From a virus, in the IMG/VR virus record IMGVR_UViG_3300008116_000173, positions 1-64,000 of that record: 64,000 bases of DNA. One strand, 5' to 3'. Below, one piece after another: positions 57,448-64,000 of the stretch. How positions within the stretch are numbered: the stretch's first letter is position 1; each line of letters opens with the position of its first letter. The position numbers and the translations under genes were made by a program. The notes beneath the pieces are model-generated. The model was not told the origin of the DNA. It saw only the letters and a program-made list of their open reading frames with translations, and did no database searches.

Positions 57448-57981
57448 ATGGCTTTAGATATAAACAGTTTTAAAAAACAAAATACAGGTAAAAATCCTAT
57501 GATATCTGATGAGGTAATCAGTTATTTAAACATGCGTATTGAACAAGAAGAGTTATCTTCAAGGATGTATTTATCCATGAGTATGTGGTTAAATAACAAA
57601 GGTTATACTGGCGCAGCATCTTTATGGAAAAAATATTCACAAGAAGAATTAGCACATTCTGATTGGTCACGTGAATATTTATTAGCTATGGGTGTTCAAC
57701 CTGATACTCCTGCTTTAAAATCACCTTCACAAAATTATCAAGGTTTACCTCAAATTATTAAACTTTCATATGAACATGAAATAACTATTACTAAGCAATG
57801 TAAAGAATTAGCTAGTAACGCTATGAAAAAAGGTGATTTTATGTTATTTGAATTAGCTGGTAAATTTTTAAAAGAGCAAATTGAAGAACATGATAAGATG
57901 CAAAACTGGATGGATAAGTTAGATGCTTTTGGTACAGATCAAATTGCTCTGCGTCTTTTAGATAATGAAATGGCTGGATAA
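57448..57981 (+). CDS. Ferritin (FtnA-like)
   Basis: EELSSRMY, EELAH, HEITIT, EQIEEH ferroxidase residues. Confidence 0.85.
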   Translation: MALDINSFKKQNTGKNPMISDEVISYLNMRIEQEELSSRMYLSMSMWLNNKGYTGAASLWKKYSQEELAHSDWSREYLLAMGVQPDTPALKSPSQNYQGLPQIIKLSYEHEITITKQCKELASNAMKKGDFMLFELAGKFLKEQIEEHDKMQNWMDKLDAFGTDQIALRLLDNEMAG

Positions 57982-57995
57982 TAATAAATAAAACA

Positions 57996-58406
57996 ATGAT
58001 TGATATAAACAAACCAATAGGACAACCAAAAGGTAAATCCTCAAGTAAAGCTGAAGAGTTTTTTGGTAAACTTTTCCAATTAAGAGATCAAATTCATCTC
58101 ACCCATCTCAAAGTATCAGGACCAGGATCATATGCTGCCCATAAGGCTTTAAATGAGTTTTATGATGGGTTATTGGATCATATTGATACTTTAATTGAAA
58201 GTTATCAAGGTAAATATGGTATTATTACTGTAAATATACCTGCTTCATCTGCAGTAGAACCTGAAATGGCACTTGAAATGTTAGCTAAATTAACTGATGA
58301 TGGTAATGCATACATTATGTTCAAAGAAACATGGATACAAAACCAAATTGATGAAATTAGTACGTTAACATACCAAACTTTATACAAACTGAAAAACCTG
58401 GCATAA
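57996..58406 (+). CDS. Ferritin/Dps-like four-helix protein (DUF5856-like)
   Basis: HLTH...SYAAHKALNEFYD...D.LIESYQGKYG...NQIDEI...TLYKL. Confidence 0.75.
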   Translation: MIDINKPIGQPKGKSSSKAEEFFGKLFQLRDQIHLTHLKVSGPGSYAAHKALNEFYDGLLDHIDTLIESYQGKYGIITVNIPASSAVEPEMALEMLAKLTDDGNAYIMFKETWIQNQIDEISTLTYQTLYKLKNLA

Positions 58407-58443
58407 TAAAACGCCATATGTTTTATTACGTATTTTAGAAAGT

Positions 58444-58483
58444 TTTGTAAATTATATAACAAGAAGTATTATATTTAACATTA
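58444..58483 (+). promoter_or_regulatory. Candidate late promoter for scaffold/MCP
   Basis: TTTGTAA...TTATATTTAACATTA, matching 50703-50740. Confidence 0.55.
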
Positions 58484-58490
58484 TAACAAC

Positions 58491-59696
58491 ATGGCAAAAA
58501 GTAAAAGTACAGAAGAAACAGCAGGAACAAGTCCTTTTGGAGGGTTTAAAATTCTACAAGGTGAATTTCCACCCCCACCTGCAACTGATGATATTCAGGA
58601 TGGTGATGATGTAGCATTAGTTGATAAAACTGATGATGCAGAAGAAGAACAAACTGATGATCAAAAGCAAAGGATGCTTGAAGCTGACAAGAAGCTAGAA
58701 AAAGTAGCTGAAAAAGCAGCTAAAAATTCTAAAAAAACTGAAGATGTTGCTCAAGATGAAACAGATGAAGAAGCTGAAGATGAAGTTGAAGATGATACTG
58801 ATACTGATAATCTGGCAGATGAGTCTGATGATGACAACACTGAGTCACCGCTCAAAGAATTTGCTAAATCTCTTTACAACAAAGGGGTTTTGGATTTTGA
58901 TGATAGTGATGAAGAGTTTGAAGACAGTGAAGAAGGTCTTGAAAAACTGGTTAACAAGACTGTAGAAAACAGGATTAATGATTGGGTATCCAATTTACCT
59001 GATGAATACAGTAAATTTTTAGAGTTTGTTCAAAATGGTGGTCAACCTAAAGATTTCCTTAATGTATATTACGGTAATCACTCTTGGGAAAACTACAAAG
59101 TAGAAAATGAAAGTCAACAAATAGTAGCTGTTGAAGAGTCCCTAAGACTTACAGGTGAAACTGAAGAAGATATTAGGGATATGGTTGAAGAATGGCGTGA
59201 TAATGGTACTTTAGAAAAACGTGCTAAATCAGCTTTAACTAAACTTCAACGTATAGAAGCAAGTCAAAAACAAGAACTTGTAGAAATACAAAAACAACAA
59301 GCTGCAAAACAAAAAGCTGCACAAAAACAATACTGGGATAATTTTAAAAACAGTTTGTTTGAACGTGAAGACATTAAAGGGTTTAAATTAACTCCTAAAA
59401 TGAAAGAACAGCTTTGGCATCATATGACTGCTATAGATAAGTCCACTGGTAAAACAGGTTATCAGATGGCAGTAGAGCAGGATAATGAAGCTTCACTGTT
59501 GTTTGCTTTACAATCAATGTTAGGTTTTGACATTAAGAAACTTGAAAAACAAGTTGAAAGTAAAGTAAGTAACAAATTCAGCAAAATGCTGAAAAATTAC
59601 AATAAATCATCTAAAGAGAAAATTTCTTCAGGTGGTACACAAGATTTTGGTGGTGGGAATAATCCATTCTCAGGCTTTAAATCTGTTAAACTTTGA
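58491..59696 (+). CDS. Acidic scaffold-like protein
   Basis: Asp/Glu-rich N-terminal half; directly upstream of the MCP, as in crAss-like phages. Confidence 0.7.
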   Translation: MAKSKSTEETAGTSPFGGFKILQGEFPPPPATDDIQDGDDVALVDKTDDAEEEQTDDQKQRMLEADKKLEKVAEKAAKNSKKTEDVAQDETDEEAEDEVEDDTDTDNLADESDDDNTESPLKEFAKSLYNKGVLDFDDSDEEFEDSEEGLEKLVNKTVENRINDWVSNLPDEYSKFLEFVQNGGQPKDFLNVYYGNHSWENYKVENESQQIVAVEESLRLTGETEEDIRDMVEEWRDNGTLEKRAKSALTKLQRIEASQKQELVEIQKQQAAKQKAAQKQYWDNFKNSLFEREDIKGFKLTPKMKEQLWHHMTAIDKSTGKTGYQMAVEQDNEASLLFALQSMLGFDIKKLEKQVESKVSNKFSKMLKNYNKSSKEKISSGGTQDFGGGNNPFSGFKSVKL

Positions 59697-59726
59697 TATC
59701 TATAAACAATATAAAAATAAAACAAA

Positions 59727-61187
59727 ATGCAATTATCTGATTTACAGATAAGTACTGGTAACTGGCACACTGGCCTAACCCAGGCAACTCACTTATCTAA
59801 CTTCTTTTTAACTGAGCCAGCATTGGCTTCTGAAGTAATCACTCGTGTATATAACAAGATGAATGGTTACAAAAATGCATTGTCATTCCTTACTTCTGGT
59901 ACTGGTCGTACTAAAGGTTTGGATAACATTGTATATCGTTGGCCTTTAATGGGAGATAGCCAAAAAGCTGTTCCTATTTCTGTTGCTCAATCTACCTATG
60001 GTGATGGTGGTTCTACACCTGGTATTGCTAACTCTACATTCCGTGTAGGTTTACCTGAAAAATGGTTTACTATTGGTGATGTATTGGTAGCTGATGACAA
60101 CCAATATTTATTCCGTGTAATGGAAGAGCCTTATCAAGATGGTGTTGATTATGTTTACACTTTGCAATTGATCACTAAAGATCCAGCTGCTTATGTACCT
60201 CAATCACTTCTTGGAATTGGTAAAGAATTATCTAAAGACTACAACGTAGTTGAACATGATCATTCTCGTACTTCTGGTGACACTACTTATGCAACTCCTT
60301 TCATGATGGAGAACTACATGACTACTTTCCGTAAAATGTATGCTGTATCTGGAGCTGCTCAAGCTAAAGTTCTTAAAATAGGATTAATGAACCCACAAGG
60401 TAAAGAAGTATCTTATACTTGGGTTAAATATGCTGAATGGGAATTTTGGGCACAATGGATGGATGAAATGGAAATTGCTTACATCTATGGTAAAGGTAAC
60501 GTGAATAAAAATGGTACTACTGCTATGAAAGGTGCTTCTGGTAACCCAGTTTATACTGGTGCTGGTTTAGAAGAGCAAATTGCTCCTGCTAACAAGCGTA
60601 AGTATACTACTCTTACTGAGCAAGTTCTTCGTGATTTCATGGATGATCTTTCTTATAACGGTACTGAAGATGGTCCACGTGAGTATGTTGCTCTTTGTGG
60701 TCGTCAGTTCATGAACCTTTTTGATCAAGCTATGAAAAAATCTGCTTCTAACTTTACTTTAGTTGACAGCAAATTCATCACTGGTTCTGGTCAAGAACTT
60801 ATCTTAGGTGGTCAGTTCAAAACTTATATCGGTTTGAATGGTGATAAAATTACTTTAAAAGAGTGTCCTCTTTATAATTCAGTTGTACGTAACCGTCAGC
60901 TTCACCCACAAACTGGTAAACCAGCTGAATCTTACAAAGCTACTTTCCTTAACTTCAAGATTAACTCTAACGGAGAATCTAACGTTATGAAAGTTTACCA
61001 TAATGGACGTGAAATGGCTTCTACTTACATTGAAGGATTATGTTCACCTTATGGTATGAAGAAAAATGGTACTTCTAGTTCACCTGTAGATGGATATGAA
61101 TTCCATGTATTAAGTGAGTGTGGTATCATGTTGAAAGATCCTACCGATGCAGGACAATTCATCCTGGATGTTGAATCTATCTCTTAA
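59727..61187 (+). CDS. Major capsid protein (crAss-type)
   Basis: 486 aa; GAGLEEQI, HPQTGKPAESY, SSPVDGY; high-expression codon bias (TTC, ATC, AAC, CGT); followed by a terminator. Confidence 0.9.
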   Translation: MQLSDLQISTGNWHTGLTQATHLSNFFLTEPALASEVITRVYNKMNGYKNALSFLTSGTGRTKGLDNIVYRWPLMGDSQKAVPISVAQSTYGDGGSTPGIANSTFRVGLPEKWFTIGDVLVADDNQYLFRVMEEPYQDGVDYVYTLQLITKDPAAYVPQSLLGIGKELSKDYNVVEHDHSRTSGDTTYATPFMMENYMTTFRKMYAVSGAAQAKVLKIGLMNPQGKEVSYTWVKYAEWEFWAQWMDEMEIAYIYGKGNVNKNGTTAMKGASGNPVYTGAGLEEQIAPANKRKYTTLTEQVLRDFMDDLSYNGTEDGPREYVALCGRQFMNLFDQAMKKSASNFTLVDSKFITGSGQELILGGQFKTYIGLNGDKITLKECPLYNSVVRNRQLHPQTGKPAESYKATFLNFKINSNGESNVMKVYHNGREMASTYIEGLCSPYGMKKNGTSSSPVDGYEFHVLSECGIMLKDPTDAGQFILDVESIS

Positions 61188-61204
61188 TTGTTATATAGGC
61201 TTTG

Positions 61205-61234
61205 AAGGGTGTGCCTTAAACACCCTTTATTTTT
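61205..61234 (+). terminator. Intrinsic terminator after MCP
   Basis: AAGGGTGT-GCCTTAA-ACACCCTT followed by TATTTTT. Confidence 0.8.
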
Positions 61235-61269
61235 AAAACAACAACAACAAAAACAACAAAAGTAAAAGT

Positions 61270-62070
61270 ATGAAATTTGAAGGACCTAAGTCTGTAAAGA
61301 TTAAAAAATGCCCAAAAGTAGGATATTTTGGTTTAGTATCTTACCCAAAATCAGTAACAACAATAGGTTGTCAACTTGGTTCAAAAGGTGGTTATAACAC
61401 TGGTTTAACTGAGGATGAAGAACGCTATTTTGAAAAAGCACTTGATTTACAACCCAACCAATTAAATAAACATAGCAAATGGTGGGGTGATGTTTTTAAT
61501 GTTGAATATGCTATACGCTTAAACAACACAAAAACCACTGAATTAATTATGGATAATCCAGTTAATCAGTTAAAATATAAAGTACTTTTATCCCACACAG
61601 ATGTTGCTAACTCTGAGTTGGAAAAAAATAAACCAGGTGTTCAGTTTTACATTGATGATGAAGAACTGAAAGCAAAAGAAGAACTTAAGACTCTTAACTT
61701 TGAACTTGAAGGTATGAAACTAATTATTGGTTTCACACCAGATGAAAAGAAAGGTGCTCTACGCTTATTTGGTAAGATTGGTTTAGATACCATGAGTGAA
61801 GATGTAGCTAGCAGTTACCTAATGCAAGAAATGAAAAGAGATCCTAAGAAATTCTTTGACATAGTCACTGATAAAGAAATGAAAACTAAAATGTTTATTT
61901 CTGAATTAAGTGAACGTAAGATTTTAACACGTACAGGTAATATGTTTAAATATGGTGATGATATCATAGCTAATAGTACATCTGAATGTGTTGAATACCT
62001 TAATGATCCTAAAAATCAATCTGTTAGATTGGCTTTAGAAACTAAATTAAAGAAACATAAAAAAGCGTAA
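61270..62070 (+). CDS. Conserved crAss-like structural-module protein following MCP
   Basis: TGLTEDEE, FYIDDEE, YLNDPKNQ; conserved position. Confidence 0.7.
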   Translation: MKFEGPKSVKIKKCPKVGYFGLVSYPKSVTTIGCQLGSKGGYNTGLTEDEERYFEKALDLQPNQLNKHSKWWGDVFNVEYAIRLNNTKTTELIMDNPVNQLKYKVLLSHTDVANSELEKNKPGVQFYIDDEELKAKEELKTLNFELEGMKLIIGFTPDEKKGALRLFGKIGLDTMSEDVASSYLMQEMKRDPKKFFDIVTDKEMKTKMFISELSERKILTRTGNMFKYGDDIIANSTSECVEYLNDPKNQSVRLALETKLKKHKKA

Positions 62071-62075
62071 TAACC

Positions 62076-62453
62076 TTGACAATAGCTGAAGCACATAGAG
62101 CATTTAGGTTTGGTCTTGATAAGATGGATGGTTTAAATTATCCAAACTTCTTACCTGAAGAAATTGATTTACTTTTAAATCAGGCACAAGAACGGATAAT
62201 TAAACAACGTTATGGTAAAAATAATATCAAACGTGCATCATTTGAAGAAGAACAAAAACGGACTGAAGATTTAAAAGAAATCATTCAAACCAGGATTGCT
62301 TTACCTCAAACTCCAGGTATTTATGGTAATTCAGCTAGTAATGCTACGTTTTTTGATTTAACTGATGATCATTGGTTTATTATTTGGGAAAAAGCAATTA
62401 TTAACTGTCCAAGTTGTAATGTAAATAACCAATTACCACCAAGAAATCCTTAA
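62076..62453 (+). CDS. Neck/ring (head-tail connector) protein, N-terminal half
   Basis: LDK...PEEIDLLLNQAQ...FEEEQKRTEDL; TTG start. Confidence 0.7.
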   Translation: MTIAEAHRAFRFGLDKMDGLNYPNFLPEEIDLLLNQAQERIIKQRYGKNNIKRASFEEEQKRTEDLKEIIQTRIALPQTPGIYGNSASNATFFDLTDDHWFIIWEKAIINCPSCNVNNQLPPRNP

Positions 62454-62464
62454 ATTAAAATCAT

Positions 62465-62848
62465 ATGGCAATAGGACCTCCTCCTCCTCCAGTAGACCCA
62501 AATCCTCCTGTAAGTGGGATTGAGGTTGAAGTAAGACCAGTAACACATCTGGAACTTGAAAAGATTAAGAATGATCCTTTTAAAGGTCCTGATCAAACTA
62601 AGGTTTTACGTTTGATGTACAAGAATAATGTTGAAATTATTCCTGCAACAGGTTGTACAGCAGTTAGGTATATGTACAGATATATAGCTAAACCAACACC
62701 TGTGTCACTGCAAAATAATGTCACATTTGTATTATCTGAACATATGCATCAAGAAATAGTTGATGAAGCTATTAAGATAGCATTAGAAGGTATAGAAGCT
62801 AAGCGTAATCAAACATTTACACCAATTGTAGATAACCAAAAAGAATAA
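62465..62848 (+). CDS. Neck/ring protein, C-terminal half
   Basis: NDPFKGP...YRYIAKP...LSEHMHQEIVDEAIKIA. Confidence 0.7.
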   Translation: MAIGPPPPPVDPNPPVSGIEVEVRPVTHLELEKIKNDPFKGPDQTKVLRLMYKNNVEIIPATGCTAVRYMYRYIAKPTPVSLQNNVTFVLSEHMHQEIVDEAIKIALEGIEAKRNQTFTPIVDNQKE

Positions 62849-62860
62849 AAAAATTAAAAA

Positions 62861-63271
62861 ATGGCTAACATAAAAAATATCAAACCTGCATACTTCTTAG
62901 GAAGTTTGCTAACAAATCCTAAAGTTTTAGGTGGTAAAGTAGCTGAGATGATCACTGCTTTAACTGAAAAAAGCACTGTTACACAGGCTACAAGTATATC
63001 AACAGGAGTTACTATCAATGCTCAATCAGGTGTTATTACAACTGTAGCATTATCAACTGCTGCTGATACTGATTGTGGTTCATTTACTGTTACTAACAAT
63101 AAATGTTACTCAAACTCAGTAGTACTTTTAACTGTAGTTAATAGTGGTGCTGGTGCACCTATAGCAACTGTTACATCTGTAAGCAATGGTTCATTCATTG
63201 TTAAATTACGTAATGTACACAGCGCTACTGCACTTAACAGCGTATTAAAATTAAACTATCAAATAATCTAA
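62861..63271 (+). CDS. Small beta-rich structural protein (head fibre/decoration candidate)
   Basis: VTQATSISTGVTINAQSGVITT...SFTVTN. Confidence 0.55.
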   Translation: MANIKNIKPAYFLGSLLTNPKVLGGKVAEMITALTEKSTVTQATSISTGVTINAQSGVITTVALSTAADTDCGSFTVTNNKCYSNSVVLLTVVNSGAGAPIATVTSVSNGSFIVKLRNVHSATALNSVLKLNYQII

Positions 63272-63296
63272 ATTATTAATATTAAAACACAAAAAA

Positions 63297-64000
63297 ATGA
63301 ATAACTTACAAAGAGTTCAAAACATCTTCATCAGTAACGGTAGTGCTACTCCTGCTGGTGGTTCTGCTATTACCTCTGTTACACCTGGTGTAATTGGAGT
63401 ATATGGCACTGGTATGGCTGCTTTAACTGCAGGTAATACCGTATCAACTAGCACTAATACTGGTGCAATCTACATGGTAGAAGGTAAAACTGACGCTAGC
63501 GGTGTTAGTTATGTTAAACGTTCATCTAAAATAGATGGAATGTCTATACTTAGCTATCAAGCTGAATCTTATGCTCCTGCTCAACGTCAAGTATGGTCTA
63601 TTGGTTTTAACCGTGCTACTTCAGCTGGTCTTATTGAAGTGAATAATGATGTTAACTATAACTTCAGCATTCGTTTTAAGAATGACAAATGGTTATATTC
63701 AGAACGTCCTGAACTTCTTAATATCAACTTCCAATCTTCAAGTACTGCTACTCAATTAAGCATTGCTACTCAAGTTGCTAACTCTATCAATAACAGTGCT
63801 TACAAAAAGCAAGTTGTTGCTATTGTAGTTGGTGATGGTACTGGTGTTTATGGTGTAACTGGTGCTAGCAACTTTGGTGTTGAAATTACTGCTAAAGATG
63901 TTGATCAGTTCTTTAACAGCACTTATACTCCTAATAAAGTATATTTCTCTGTTCAAGTAAATGATGCTACTGGTTTTGGTACTTCTACAACTTGTACTGA
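63297..64000 (+). CDS. Structural protein, 3'-partial (auxiliary capsid/tail candidate; not in ORF track)
   Basis: ATG at 63297, frame appears open to the window end (MNNLQRVQNIFISNG...); Gly/Thr/Ser-rich, MCP-like codon bias. Confidence 0.7.
   Translation, partial: MNNLQRVQNIFISNGSATPAGGSAITSVTPGVIGVYGTGMAALTAGNTVSTSTNTGAIYMVEGKTDASGVSYVKRSSKIDGMSILSYQAESYAPAQRQVWSIGFNRATSAGLIEVNNDVNYNFSIRFKNDKWLYSERPELLNINFQSSSTATQLSIATQVANSINNSAYKKQVVAIVVGDGTGVYGVTGASNFGVEITAKDVDQFFNSTYTPNKVYFSVQVNDATGFGTSTTCT

Noticed and set aside
26919-61187. Introns or inteins in RNR, PolB, TerL or MCP
   Set aside because: The ORFs are continuous and of ordinary length, with no homing-endonuclease or intein motifs seen.
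61236-61269. (ACA)n-like A-rich tract before the 61270 gene
   Set aside because: It fits an A-rich Bacteroidota translation leader rather than a distinct repeat element.
32440-63956. Shadow ORFs at 32440, 38396, 43693, 44857, 46613, 49023, 52195, 53612, 53879, 55150, 56724, 58205, 58744, 63756
   Set aside because: They overlap better-supported genes on the other strand or frame.
1-64000. Stop-codon reassignment (TAG/TGA) as in some crAss-like phages
   Set aside because: Long genes are intact in the standard code, and TAG and TGA both end genes. No suppressor tRNA is seen.
1-64000. CRISPR array, DGR/reverse transcriptase, integrase
   Set aside because: No regularly spaced repeats, RT motifs or recombinase motifs were found by eye.

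Overview
This AT-rich 64-kb window looks like most of a crAss-like (Crassvirales-type, probably Bacteroidota-infecting) phage genome in the standard genetic code, with three blocks. (1) 1-24660 (+): virion cargo/ejection proteins, including a 3883-aa virion RNA polymerase (DFDFD motif, zincin HExxH) and a 2056-aa multidomain protein. (2) 24736-49729 (-): replication, nucleotide metabolism and early genes (MazG, dATP/dGTP diphosphohydrolase, class II RNR, primase, DnaB, PolB, spore photoproduct lyase). A GATase/amidoligase/COOH-NH2 ligase/ATP-grasp cluster sits between the helicase and the polymerase. (3) 50019-64000 (+): packaging and head genes (TerL, portal, two ferritin-like genes, scaffold, MCP, neck proteins). 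The most notable unexplained signals are a ~300-nt multi-helix RNA-like element at 50343-50640, ~15 [YFLH]xxGG motifs dividing cargo proteins into modules, repeat-flanked effector cassettes (macro-like, ART-like, nucleotidyltransferase) inside injected proteins, the peptide-ligase cluster, and a split neck gene with matched CCT codons around a stop. All calls come from reading motifs by eye. No database searches or folding programs were run.
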